From positions 2,334 through 66,333 of the forward strand of contig JBBSLL010000007.1 in NCBI GenBank assembly GCA_038255255.1: a stretch of 64,000 nt of DNA, read 5' to 3'. Positions within the stretch are counted from its first letter, which is position 1; each line of letters opens with the position of its first letter. This stretch comes from Lysobacterales bacterium. Lineage in GTDB: Bacteria; Pseudomonadota; Gammaproteobacteria; Xanthomonadales; Ahniellaceae. Of the stretch, positions 47,443 to 57,484 are shown piece after piece. A model generated the notes under the pieces. It searched no databases. It was not told where the DNA came from and was given only the letters and a program-made list of their open reading frames with translations. The position numbers and the translations under genes were made by a program.

Positions 47443-48768
47443 CTACTCGAACGAATCGCCGAACAGCGCGTCCGGGCGATCTCGCACGAAAATGTCGAAG
47501 AAGCCGTTGGTGTCCGCGGGGACGAGAGTGTTCGCAAGGCTCATGAACGCCACAAAGCGGCCGTCCGCGGAAATGGCCGGCTCTCGTGAATCATTGTTTC
47601 CCTGGGTGCCGTCCGTAGCCACGCTCACGATCGCGGTTTGCCCGGTGAGACGATCATGAGTGAACACATCCGCGAATGCGCCGTTCACGTCACCCGCGAC
47701 AAGGTTGGAGGCGAGGCTCCAGAACGTGACAAAACGGCCGTTGGCCGAAATCGCCGCGAGCGCCGAAAAATTGTTCGCCTGCGTTCGCGCGGAGGAGACG
47801 CTCACCCGCGTTGTCTCTCTCGTGTGCTGGTCGTGCACGAAGATGTCCTGGACGCCGTTCGTATCCCCCGCGACGAGCGTAGCCGCCGGGCTCGAAAACG
47901 CGACGAAGCGACCATCGCCCGAAATTGACGGCATCACCGCGTCGGAGTTCGCTGCCGCACCGCTGGAGGACACGCTGACCTTGGTAGTGGTCCCGCTAAG
48001 CCGGTCGTGCACGAAGATATCGCTGCCGGTCGTGTCGCCCGGGACGAAATTCGAGGCGCGGCTCTGGAACGCCACGAACCTGCCGTCGCCCGAGAGCGTG
48101 GGTGTGGAAATGGCGTCGCCGCCGCTCGCGCCATTGCCCTGTTCCCCTGCCGAGGACACGCTCACACGCGTCGTCTGACCACTGAGTCGATCGTGCACGA
48201 AAATGTCTTGTAAACCGTTGGTGTCGCCGGCGACGAGGTTGGACGCGCCGCTTTCGAAAACCACGACGTTGCCGTCGGCGGAGATGGAAGGGCTGCGCGA
48301 GTCAAAATTGGCTTCGACTCCGGCCGAAGAGACACTGACGCGCGTGGTCTGCGTCGACTCGCGGTCGCGCACGAAGATGTCGAACGCGTTGTTGCTATCG
48401 CCCGGCACCAGGTTGGTCGAGGAGCCCATGAAGGCCACGTGGCGTCCGTCAGCCGAAATCGAAGGCCTCTCGCCGTTGCCGTTGCCTTCGACGCCCGTCG
48501 AAGAGATGCTCATCCGCGAGGTCTGCCCCAGTAGGCGGTCGCGGACGAACACATCTGGCCGAAAGTTCATGTCGCCCGCGACCAGGTTGTTGGACGCGCT
48601 GTCGAAAGCCACGAATCTTCCCGTCGCCGAAACCGAGGGATATTGCGAGTGGAAGTTGCCCTGCGTTCCTGCGGAGGAAACACTCTCTCGCGTTGTGCTG
48701 TCTGCTTGCGCCCAGCTGGCCGAGATCGAAAGAAAAAGGGTGCTGGCGAATCGAAAGGTCAAGTGCAT
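47443..48768 (-). CDS. Secreted TolB-like/PD40 beta-propeller repeat protein (seven ~48-aa repeats)
   Basis: ATG 48768 and signal peptide ending SWAQA. Seven repeats of S(I/V)SxDGRFVAFxSxAxNLVxGDTNGxxD(I/V)FVxDR. Confidence 0.85.
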   Translation of the reverse strand: MHLTFRFASTLFLSISASWAQADSTTRESVSSAGTQGNFHSQYPSVSATGRFVAFDSASNNLVAGDMNFRPDVFVRDRLLGQTSRMSISSTGVEGNGNGERPSISADGRHVAFMGSSTNLVPGDSNNAFDIFVRDRESTQTTRVSVSSAGVEANFDSRSPSISADGNVVVFESGASNLVAGDTNGLQDIFVHDRLSGQTTRVSVSSAGEQGNGASGGDAISTPTLSGDGRFVAFQSRASNFVPGDTTGSDIFVHDRLSGTTTKVSVSSSGAAANSDAVMPSISGDGRFVAFSSPAATLVAGDTNGVQDIFVHDQHTRETTRVSVSSARTQANNFSALAAISANGRFVTFWSLASNLVAGDVNGAFADVFTHDRLTGQTAIVSVATDGTQGNNDSREPAISADGRFVAFMSLANTLVPADTNGFFDIFVRDRPDALFGDSFE

Positions 48769-48985
48769 ACGAACCTCGGAGCGAGAGTTTCGGGTGACTG
48801 GCACGTTCGTCACTTCGAGGACAAGCGCCCCGAGGCATCATGTCACCAATGCTGAACCCGCGACTACCTCACGTGCCAATGCGACGAAAAGTGCCCCAAA
48901 GTTTGGCCAGGGCTGTCCACGTTGCGTTGCCCGTGTCGGCAATCGACGACAATGCGCGTCCGTATTCGCAGGCAACGCCAGATTC

Positions 48986-49843
48986 ATGAAAACCCCCAAG
49001 GGACTGCAGCCGCTCATCGACGAGGGCGTGATCGACGCGGTGCTGCGACCACTCAAGAGCGGCAAAGAAGCGTCGGTGTACGTGGTGCGCTGGGGTGACG
49101 AAATCGGCTGCGCCAAGGTCTACAAGGACATGGCGCAGCGCAGTTTCCAGGCGCGCGTGCAGTACCAGGAAGGCCGCAAGGCGCGCGGCAGCCGGCAGAC
49201 GCGCGCCATCAACAAGGGCTCAAAGTTCGGGCGCCGCGAGCTCGAGTCGGAGTGGAAGAACACTGAAGTCGATGCGTTGTATCAGCTCGATGCCGCCGGA
49301 GTGCGCGTGCCGAAGCCGCGCGGGTACTACCACGGCGTGTTGCTGATGGACCTCATCACCGACGAGACGGGTCACAGCGCGCCACGCCTCGGCGAAGTCG
49401 AGCTCAGCGCGGAACAGGCACTCGACTTCCACGCGCGGTTGATCCAGGACGTGGTGCGCATGCTGTGCCTCGGCCTCATTCACGGCGACCTGTCCGAGTA
49501 CAACGTGCTGGTCGCGGCCGACGGGCCCGTGATCATCGACCTGCCGCAGGTCGTCAGCGCTGCCGGCAACAACGCGGCGCGAGCGATGTTGCTGCGCGAT
49601 GTGCACAACCTGCGCGACACGCTCGCGCGCTTCGCGCCGGAGCTTGCGTCCACGCACTACGGAGAGGAGATGTGGGCGCTATACGAACGCAGCGATTTGT
49701 TGCCGGACACCGCGCTGACCGGCACCTTCGTGTTCGACGACGCCACGGCCGATCTCGACGCGATCCTCGAATCCATCGAGGACGCGCGCCAGGTCGCGCT
49801 CATCCGCCAGCAAGGCCGCGAAGAAGCCGCCGCCTCGGACTGA
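48986..49843 (+). CDS. RIO1-like atypical protein kinase
   Basis: ATG 48986. RIO motifs SGKEASVYVV, catalytic HGDLSEYNVL and metal-binding IIDLPQ. Confidence 0.88.
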   Translation: MKTPKGLQPLIDEGVIDAVLRPLKSGKEASVYVVRWGDEIGCAKVYKDMAQRSFQARVQYQEGRKARGSRQTRAINKGSKFGRRELESEWKNTEVDALYQLDAAGVRVPKPRGYYHGVLLMDLITDETGHSAPRLGEVELSAEQALDFHARLIQDVVRMLCLGLIHGDLSEYNVLVAADGPVIIDLPQVVSAAGNNAARAMLLRDVHNLRDTLARFAPELASTHYGEEMWALYERSDLLPDTALTGTFVFDDATADLDAILESIEDARQVALIRQQGREEAAASD

Positions 49844-49940
49844 TCGGCTCAATCCAACTTGCGGTAGACCTCGCGGTAGAGATCCCGTCGGCCTCGGATC
49901 CGGTGCGGGAGGACAGCCGACTCTCGATGCCGCGCCGGGT

Positions 49941-51296
49941 TCAGGAGGCCTGACGCAGCACGATCAGGGTCTGGTCGTCCGTGCCGCTCGCGCCGCCCTG
50001 ATGCTCGCGCAGCGCGTCGCGCACGCGCGCAACCCTCGCGGCGGGATCGTCGTCGCCCTGCGCGATGAGCGCGATCAATCGCTCCTGACCGAACATGCGG
50101 CCTTGCGCATCGCGCGCCTCCACGATGCCATCGGTGTAGACGACGAGACTGTCGCCCTGCTCGAACGTGGCCGTTGCGTTATCCCAGCGATGCTCACGCA
50201 GGATGCCGAGCGGGATGCCGGCTTCGCGATCCGTCCCGAGCAGGCGCACACCGTCTCGCGTGCGATGCAGCGCCGGCGGATGGCCCGCGCAGACGTAAGT
50301 CAGCTCGCGCCGATCCGGTCGATAGCCGAGCGCAAAGACCGTCAGGAAATGCCGGCGCTGGCGGCGCGAGAAAAAGTGGCGATTGGCGTAGGTGATGGCG
50401 CCGGCCGGGCCGCCCGGCGGCTCATCGCCCCGATAGGTGCGCAGAATCGCGTCGAACTGCACGGCCTCCATCGCGGCTGCGGCACCGTGCCCCGAAACAT
50501 CGGCCAGCATGAGCGCCCACACATCGGATCCGGCGTCGACAAAATCCTCCGCGATATGCGTCAGCGACATGATGTCGTAGTAGTCGCCCGCCGCGGTTTC
50601 CGCGGGTTGCCAGTAGATCGCGTACTCGAGTCCGCGGATCTTCGGATCGTCGGGCAGCAGCAGGCGCTGGACGTCCGCAAGGCCCTCGATCGCGTGGTTC
50701 TGGCGCTGCGATTCCGCAGTGAGCCGGCGGATCGTCAACGAGCGCGAGATGAAGCCATAGGCAATGGTCGCCTCGCGCAGCAGGTGATCGAGGTGGATGC
50801 CAACCAGTCGATCGCGCGCGGTGCTGGCCACAACCAGCCAGTGCCACACCGCGCCGCGCACGTACATCGGCAGCGCCAGCAGCGACGCGGGCCGCAGCAG
50901 CGCCTGCGCCAGCGGCAGATCGCGCTCGCCGGAATCGAGTTCCAACACCTGCGGTCCGTGCTGGTCGACCAGGCGACGCGCCAGTGCGTCGTCGAACGCC
51001 GGCAAGCGCATGCGCTCACCAAACGGATCGATCGCCGGGATCGCCTCGACACCGTCGGCGGCGATGAGTCCCGCGAGCCGGCACTGGCCCGCTGGCGCGT
51101 CGCGCACCAGCAACAACGCCAGCGCGCAGTCCGCCAGATCGCGCGACAGGTACTGGTGGATGGCCAACAGGGCCGCGGCCGCATCGCCCCCGAACTCCGA
51201 GAGCACACGCAGCCGCTCAGCGAGCGGTGGCGGAGCCGACGCCAGGGCACTGGACTCGCCAACGATCACTTCTCGAGAGGCCGCCTGGGTTTCCAT
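49941..51296 (-). CDS. GAF-domain PP2C/SpoIIE-family serine phosphatase
   Basis: The N-terminal ~200 aa are sensor-like (GAF-like). The C-terminal PP2C has GDYYD, ADVSGHGAAAAM and YTDG motifs. Confidence 0.86.
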   Translation of the reverse strand: METQAASREVIVGESSALASAPPPLAERLRVLSEFGGDAAAALLAIHQYLSRDLADCALALLLVRDAPAGQCRLAGLIAADGVEAIPAIDPFGERMRLPAFDDALARRLVDQHGPQVLELDSGERDLPLAQALLRPASLLALPMYVRGAVWHWLVVASTARDRLVGIHLDHLLREATIAYGFISRSLTIRRLTAESQRQNHAIEGLADVQRLLLPDDPKIRGLEYAIYWQPAETAAGDYYDIMSLTHIAEDFVDAGSDVWALMLADVSGHGAAAAMEAVQFDAILRTYRGDEPPGGPAGAITYANRHFFSRRQRRHFLTVFALGYRPDRRELTYVCAGHPPALHRTRDGVRLLGTDREAGIPLGILREHRWDNATATFEQGDSLVVYTDGIVEARDAQGRMFGQERLIALIAQGDDDPAARVARVRDALREHQGGASGTDDQTLIVLRQAS

Positions 51297-51390
51297 CGAA
51301 GGATCATAGCCTCGCGCCGAAACGGTCTGTGGTGCGCGACCCGCCGCGAGGCTGCGGGTAGAGAGCTGGCTGCAGCGCGTACTCGGTGCG

Positions 51391-53052
51391 CTATTCGCGG
51401 ATGTCGACGTCTTTGGTCTCGGGCAGGAATAGCGTGCCGATGACCAGCGTCATCGCGGCAATGACGATGGGGTACCAGAGCCCCTGGTAGATGTTGCCGC
51501 TCGCGACCACCATCGCGAAAGCGATGGTCGGCAGGAATCCGCCGAACCAGCCGTTGCCGATGTGATACGGCAGCGACATCGACGTGTAGCGGATGCGCGT
51601 CGGGAAGAGCTCCACGAGCCATGCGGCGATGGGGCCGTAGACCATCGTCACGTAGATCACGAGGATCGTGAGCAACAGCAGCAGCATCGGCTTGTCGATG
51701 CGTGCGGGGTCGGCTTTGTCCGGATATCCCGCAGAGTCCAGCTCCGCCCTCAATGCCGCCACGAAACTCTCGCCCTTCGCCTTGAACACGTCGGTCGCAA
51801 GCCGGCCACCCTCGAATGCCGGCACCGCGCGTGATCCGACTTTGACCGACGCGACGCTACCCGCTGGCGCCGCCTCATTCGCGTAGCTGACCCCGGCCTT
51901 TGCCAGCGCGGCCTTGGCGATATCGCAGCTGCTGCTGAAGACTTTTTTGCCCACCGGATCGAACTGGAAATGGCAGGCCGAAGGATCAGCCACGACCACC
52001 ACGGGATTCGTCGCGACGGCCTGCTCCATCGCGGGATTGCCGTAGTGCGTGAGCGCCTTGAAGATCGGAAAGTAGGTGAGTGCCGCGAGGAGGCAGCCGG
52101 CCATCACGATCGGCTTGCGCCCCACCTTGTCCGACAACCAGCCAAACAGGATGAAGAACGGCGTGCCGATGATCAGCGCGCCCGCGATCAACAGGTTGGA
52201 TGTGGTCGCCTCGATCTTGAGCGTCTGCGTGAGGAAGAACAGCGCGTAGAACTGTCCCGCGTACCAGACCACGGCCTGGCCCGCGGTGGCCCCGAGCAGG
52301 GCGAGCAACGCGATCTTTCCGTTCGCCGAGAAGAAGCTCTCGGTAATCGGCGCCTGCGACGTCCTGCCCTGCGCTTTCATCTCCGCGAATACCGGCGACT
52401 CGCTCAGCTGCAGCCGGATCCAGACCGAGATGCCCAGCAGCGCCACCGACAGCAGGAACGGAATGCGCCAGCCCCACGCCTCGAAGGCTTCATTTCCTAG
52501 CGCGTAACGGCAGCCGAGAATGACCAGCAGCGACAGCAGCAGCCCGAGCGTTGCCGTGGTCTGGATGAAGCTGGTGTAGAACCCGCGCTTGCCCATCGGC
52601 GCGTGCTCGGCGACGTAGGTTGCCGCGCCGCCGTACTCGCCGCCGAGTGCGAGCCCTTGCAGCAGGCGCAAGGCGATCAGGATGATTGGCGCCGCCACGC
52701 CGATGCTCGCATAGCTCGGCAGCAGCCCGACCATGAAAGTCGACGCGCCCATGATCACGATGGTGATGAGGAAGGTGACCTTGCGGCCGACCATGTCGCC
52801 GATGCGGCCGAACACCAGCGCGCCGAAGGGCCGCACCGCGAAGCCCGCGGCGAAAGCGAGTAGCGCGAAAATGAAACCGCTGGTCGGGTCGAGCGCCGAG
52901 AAGAACTGCTTCGCGATGATCGCCGCGAGCGACCCGTACAGATAGAAGTCATACCACTCGAACACCGTACCGAGGCTCGACGCGAACACCACCTTGCGAT
53001 GGCTCTGCGGCAGCTCGCTGCGCTGGTCAGAATCAACTCCCCCAGTGGTCAT
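51391..53052 (-). CDS. MFS transporter (metabolite:H+ symporter type) with a large hydrophilic insert
   Basis: ATG 53052. MHS-like N-terminus (GTVFEWYDFYLYG) and 12 TM. A ~120-aa hydrophilic segment lies between late TM helices. Confidence 0.9.
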   Translation of the reverse strand: MTTGGVDSDQRSELPQSHRKVVFASSLGTVFEWYDFYLYGSLAAIIAKQFFSALDPTSGFIFALLAFAAGFAVRPFGALVFGRIGDMVGRKVTFLITIVIMGASTFMVGLLPSYASIGVAAPIILIALRLLQGLALGGEYGGAATYVAEHAPMGKRGFYTSFIQTTATLGLLLSLLVILGCRYALGNEAFEAWGWRIPFLLSVALLGISVWIRLQLSESPVFAEMKAQGRTSQAPITESFFSANGKIALLALLGATAGQAVVWYAGQFYALFFLTQTLKIEATTSNLLIAGALIIGTPFFILFGWLSDKVGRKPIVMAGCLLAALTYFPIFKALTHYGNPAMEQAVATNPVVVVADPSACHFQFDPVGKKVFSSSCDIAKAALAKAGVSYANEAAPAGSVASVKVGSRAVPAFEGGRLATDVFKAKGESFVAALRAELDSAGYPDKADPARIDKPMLLLLLTILVIYVTMVYGPIAAWLVELFPTRIRYTSMSLPYHIGNGWFGGFLPTIAFAMVVASGNIYQGLWYPIVIAAMTLVIGTLFLPETKDVDIRE

Positions 53053-53078
53053 GAATGTCCTTGTAGCGACAAGCGCGC

Positions 53079-54908
53079 TCAGCCCGCGAACATTGGCCAG
53101 AGCGGACCGTCGAGCCAGAGCCAGCGCGCCATCCACGCGGACACGCAGGCGGTCAGTACGGTCAATGGCAGGCCGATCCTGATGAAATCGGCAAAGCGAT
53201 AGCGGCCCGGGCCAAGAATCAGCAGGTTCCCATGGTGGCCGATCGGCGTGATGAACGCGACCACGGCGCCGAGAGCCGTGCACACAACGAAAGGCGTGGG
53301 CGACAAACCCAGGGCCTCCGCCAGCGCAATCGCGATCGGCCCCAGCAACACAGTGGTCGCCGCATCCGACAGGAATTGAGTCAGTACGGCCGCCGTCGCA
53401 AACATCACCAGCAGGATCGAAAGCGCCGACCAGTCGCTCACCAGCAGCAGCAGCCCGTCGGCGAGCAACTGCGCCGTGCCGGTCTGCTGCATGGCAATGC
53501 CAAGCGGAATCACGCCGGCGATCATCACGAAAACGCGCACGTCGATGCCGCGATATGCCTGGCCGATGGCGATGCAACGGGTGATGACCATGGCCACCGC
53601 GCCCATCAGGAAGGCCAGCGACGCGGGCAGGAACTCGGTTGCGGCGGCGAGCACCGTGGCGCCCATGATCACCAGGGCCAGCGGCGCGCGCACCCGTCGC
53701 TTGGCCTCTCCGGCAAAGGGCACCAGCATGAGAAAGCCGTGATGCGCAGCGAGATCGGCAAATGTCGTCGGACTGCCCCACAACACCAGCAGATCGCCCT
53801 CGCGCAACCGGGCGTCCGCCAGTCGGGGGGCCATCGCCTCGCCGCGCCGCCAGAGTCCGGCGATCACCGCCTGGAACTGCCGCGAGAAATCGAGCTCCCG
53901 GATGCTTCGGCCGATGAACTCCGACCCCGGCGCAACCACCGCCTGTACCAGTTGCCGGTCATCCTTTTCGGTCTGCGCGCCACCGAATCGCGCGATCGCG
54001 TTCAGCTCGACGCCGGGATCGTCGTGCAATGAAGCCAGTGCATCTGCCGATGCCTCCACCAGCAGCACATCGCCGCTGAGGAGCACGCTGGAATCGACGA
54101 GGTCGGGGCGCTCCGCATTGTCCCGGAGCCAGGCGACCATGCGGAACTTGTCGCCCAGTGCCTTCTTGAGTCCGGCGAGCGGACGCGTCGCCCACCGCGA
54201 TCCGTCGATGATGAGCAACTCCGTGCGGTACTGGTCGAGACGCAGGTATTCATCATCACCCGACAAGCCCGTGTGCTTGGGCAGCAGCCAGCGTGCGACC
54301 AGCATGTACAGCACGCCGATCGACACCAGCGCCGCGCCGATCGGCGTGATCGAGAAGAAACTCAGGTCTTCGGCACCCGAGCGCTCGAGCAGATTGTCGG
54401 CGAGCAGGAACGCCGGCGCGCTGACCAGCGTGAGCGTGGTGCCGAGCGAGGCCGCAAACGACATCGGCATGAGCAGCCGTGACGCCGAAATGCCATTTGC
54501 CTTGGCGAAGCGCGTGAGGATCGGCAGCATCATCGCGGTGACCATCACGTGGTGCGTGAACGAGGCCATGGCCGCCACCGCCGGCATGACCACGGCGATC
54601 GCGCGCGGCTCGCTCTTGCCCGACGCGCGGCCGATCCATTGGCCCACGTGCTCGGTGATACCGGTCGCGGCCAGTGCACCCGAAATCACAAACACGGCAG
54701 CCAGGATGATCGCGGGTTCGCTCGAAAATCCCGAGAGCGCCTGCGGCGCGTCGAGGACTCCGGCGATCACAAGCGCGAGCACCGTCAGCATCGCGGTGAT
54801 GTCCACCCGCAATCGCTCGCTCATGAACAGGTACAGCGCGCCCGCCAGGATCAGCAGGAACCAGACCTGGTGCAGGGTGACGTGGGACAGTGCAGCTGCG
54901 GGGTCCAT
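53079..54908 (-). CDS. SLC13/DASS-family permease with central TrkA-C (RCK_C) domains
   Basis: ATG 54908. Polytopic N- and C-halves flank two soluble repeats (GSRWATRPLAGL...VLLSGDVLLVEA; GSEFIGRSIREL...REGDLLVLWG). Confidence 0.9.
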   Translation of the reverse strand: MDPAAALSHVTLHQVWFLLILAGALYLFMSERLRVDITAMLTVLALVIAGVLDAPQALSGFSSEPAIILAAVFVISGALAATGITEHVGQWIGRASGKSEPRAIAVVMPAVAAMASFTHHVMVTAMMLPILTRFAKANGISASRLLMPMSFAASLGTTLTLVSAPAFLLADNLLERSGAEDLSFFSITPIGAALVSIGVLYMLVARWLLPKHTGLSGDDEYLRLDQYRTELLIIDGSRWATRPLAGLKKALGDKFRMVAWLRDNAERPDLVDSSVLLSGDVLLVEASADALASLHDDPGVELNAIARFGGAQTEKDDRQLVQAVVAPGSEFIGRSIRELDFSRQFQAVIAGLWRRGEAMAPRLADARLREGDLLVLWGSPTTFADLAAHHGFLMLVPFAGEAKRRVRAPLALVIMGATVLAAATEFLPASLAFLMGAVAMVITRCIAIGQAYRGIDVRVFVMIAGVIPLGIAMQQTGTAQLLADGLLLLVSDWSALSILLVMFATAAVLTQFLSDAATTVLLGPIAIALAEALGLSPTPFVVCTALGAVVAFITPIGHHGNLLILGPGRYRFADFIRIGLPLTVLTACVSAWMARWLWLDGPLWPMFAG

Positions 54909-54961
54909 GCGTGCATTGTGCGATATATGCTGGTCGTGCCCCACAAGCCCGGTCCGAAGCC

Positions 54962-55912
54962 ATGTCATCCGATCGTTCTGTGGTTGCACTCGCCCAGATC
55001 GCACCGGTCTGGCTCGATCGCGCCGCGACGCTGGCGAAAATAGGCACACAGATCGGCGAGGCCGGCCGCGCAGGTGCGCGGCTGGTCGTGTTCGGCGAGG
55101 CCCTGCTGCCGGGGTATCCCTTCTGGGTCGAGCACACCGACGGCGCGCGCTTCGAGTCGCCGCTGCAGAAAGAGCTTTACGCGCGCTACGTGGACCAGGC
55201 GGTGGATGTGCACGCCGGCGGCCTCGCGCCGCTGTGCAAGGCCGCGCGCGAGGCCCGCACCTGGGCCGTGGTGGGCTGCATTGAACGCGATGGCGCACGC
55301 GGGCACAGCGTCTTCTGTTCACTGGTGGTGATCGACGACGCCGGCGAAATCCGCACCGTGCATCGCAAGCTGTGTCCGACCCACGAGGAACGCCTGGTGT
55401 GGTCGCAGGGCGATGGCGTGGGCCTCGAGACGTTTGCGCTCGACCGCTTCCGGCTCGGCGCGCTCAACTGCTGGGAAAACTGGATGCCGCTGGCGCGCTC
55501 GTCGCTGTACGCGCAGGGCGAGGACCTGCATGTCGCGCTGTGGCCGGGGAGCGCGCGCAACACCGAACAGATCACGCCCTTCATTGCGCGCGAGGGTCGC
55601 AGCTTCGTGCTGTCTGTTTCCGGCCTGATGCGGCGCGAGGACATCCCCGACAGCGTGCCGCACGCCGCACTGCTGCGCGAGGCTCTGCCCGCGGTCTGCG
55701 CGGATGGTGGCTCGTGCATCGCGGGCCCCGATGGAGAATGGGTGATCCCGCCGCACACCGGCGAGGAAATCCTGCTCGTCGCCGAGATCGACCACGCGCG
55801 CGTGCGCGAAGGGCGGCACAGCTTCGATCCGTTCGGACATTATTCGCGGCCCGATGTGCTCGAGCTCAAGGTGAACCGGCGGCGCGGGACCGGCGCGCGG
55901 CTCATCGACTGA
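54962..55912 (+). CDS. Nitrilase-superfamily carbon-nitrogen hydrolase (nitrilase-like)
   Basis: ATG 54962. Glu-Lys-Cys triad contexts VVFGEALLPGYP, HRKL and LNCWENWMP. Confidence 0.9.
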   Translation: MSSDRSVVALAQIAPVWLDRAATLAKIGTQIGEAGRAGARLVVFGEALLPGYPFWVEHTDGARFESPLQKELYARYVDQAVDVHAGGLAPLCKAAREARTWAVVGCIERDGARGHSVFCSLVVIDDAGEIRTVHRKLCPTHEERLVWSQGDGVGLETFALDRFRLGALNCWENWMPLARSSLYAQGEDLHVALWPGSARNTEQITPFIAREGRSFVLSVSGLMRREDIPDSVPHAALLREALPAVCADGGSCIAGPDGEWVIPPHTGEEILLVAEIDHARVREGRHSFDPFGHYSRPDVLELKVNRRRGTGARLID

Positions 55913-56034
55913 ACTTGCGCGACTCGTTGCAGGAGAGACGTCAGTCACGACCATGCACGCGGACCGCGACTGGCGTCGCTTCTGCATTTTCCTTAGGCTC
56001 TGCATCACAGGAAACGGTGTTTCGAGGTGACGCA

Positions 56035-57336
56035 ATGATCCGTCTCAGGTTCGCTGCAATTGGCCTTGCACTGGTGATGTCGCAAGCGGCCTGGGGACAG
56101 ATGATCCCTGCGCCAGCAAGGAATCTGCGCGTGATACCGGATCGACCCGATGCCGGCGCTGCGGTCGTGGCGCGCCTGTCAATCGACGGTTGCGTAGGCG
56201 TCGGTCCTTCCAACGTTTTCAGGATTGGCACGATCGTGTACTTGAGGCACCTGCTCCAGGGGCTTCCGTGCGGCGTGCCTCCACCGGCTTCCGATGTCGA
56301 CTTTCCCATCGGTACCTTTTCGGCCGGCGTGTACACCTTGCGTTACGAGCCTTCGGGGTCGGGGCTGGGATACCTGCATCAAGCAAGGGAATTCACGGTC
56401 GGAACGCCGCTGCAAATGGCTTCCGTCCTTCCATACGACACGCCGATTCTCGACTACCCCGTCGTGCCGGGCGTGTATTACGAGGTCACCCGTCCCGGCA
56501 GCGGCTACATGATCGATCTGCTGCCGAAAACGCAGCCGCCGGATTTTCTGTTCGGCTCCGTGTACAGCTATGACGCGCAGGGGCAACCCAGGTGGTACTC
56601 GCTCGGTGGCAATTGGTCGAAAGGCACGCCCGCGCAAATCGTTCGCGGACAACGGTACGGCACCGTGACATCGCCTTTCAGCGTGGCGTCCGGAGGCAAC
56701 TGTTACGGCTGTACCTACACGCCCAACCAGAACGCGCCGGACCCGACGCTGGGAACGCTGACGCTCGTGCAGCGCGGCAGTTTCAATCTCGACGTCGAAT
56801 GGCGCGGCACCACCACGCGCATCACGCGCCTGAATCTCAAGCCCGAGCTGCTGGTGGGCCGTTGGCGCGGCCGACTGTTTTATCGCGACCCCGGAAACTC
56901 CAACGCTGAGCTCGGATCGGGTTATTACATCGCTGAAGTCCGCCGCAGGACGGAGTCGGAAAAAATCCGGTTCTGGACCGACGAAAACTTGCCGATTCCC
57001 GCCGCTACCGACATCCAGTTCGTCGGGCACTGTCCGTTCGCAAGCAGCGAGACCGCCAGCGGATCGCTGTGCTTCTCCGCAAGCCCGGGCGTTCAACCGC
57101 CGGTGACCACCTTCTATCACGATGCGCAGGACGGCGAGTTCAAGGCCATCACTGCCTGCCCATTCGACGAATGCAGGGATGCGACCGGTGCCTACAAGCC
57201 CAGTACCGCGAACTCCCCACCCGACTATCGCCGCGTGCTGATGCCGGACCAGAACACGCTGCGGATCCTGTCCGTCGTCGGCCGACCGGGGCAGGAGCGC
57301 ATCGTCAGCGAGGAGGAGTACCACCGCATTCGTTGA
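56035..57336 (+). CDS. Secreted hypothetical protein (433 aa, Cys-containing)
   Basis: ATG 56035 and signal peptide ending AAWGQ. No recognisable domain. Coding-like codon bias. Confidence 0.7.
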   Translation: MIRLRFAAIGLALVMSQAAWGQMIPAPARNLRVIPDRPDAGAAVVARLSIDGCVGVGPSNVFRIGTIVYLRHLLQGLPCGVPPPASDVDFPIGTFSAGVYTLRYEPSGSGLGYLHQAREFTVGTPLQMASVLPYDTPILDYPVVPGVYYEVTRPGSGYMIDLLPKTQPPDFLFGSVYSYDAQGQPRWYSLGGNWSKGTPAQIVRGQRYGTVTSPFSVASGGNCYGCTYTPNQNAPDPTLGTLTLVQRGSFNLDVEWRGTTTRITRLNLKPELLVGRWRGRLFYRDPGNSNAELGSGYYIAEVRRRTESEKIRFWTDENLPIPAATDIQFVGHCPFASSETASGSLCFSASPGVQPPVTTFYHDAQDGEFKAITACPFDECRDATGAYKPSTANSPPDYRRVLMPDQNTLRILSVVGRPGQERIVSEEEYHRIR

Positions 57337-57484
57337 AGCCCCCTCTTCGACGGTTTCGAGCAGTGACGACGGTGGCCTGAGGGCCGTGATGGAACCCCGT
57401 CGAACACTCGGCCCGGGAGCCTGGCCGGTTCCGGACAGGCGGCGATTGGACTAGCCTGCGTCTGTTCGGTTTCGGAGCGCAGCC

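Noticed and set aside
46773-48768. sodC plus the PD40 propeller gene as a horizontally acquired islet, since they appear slightly less GC-rich by eye
   Set aside because: I cannot compute composition reliably here. There are no flanking repeats, tRNA or mobility genes. A GC/codon-usage window analysis would be needed to support it.
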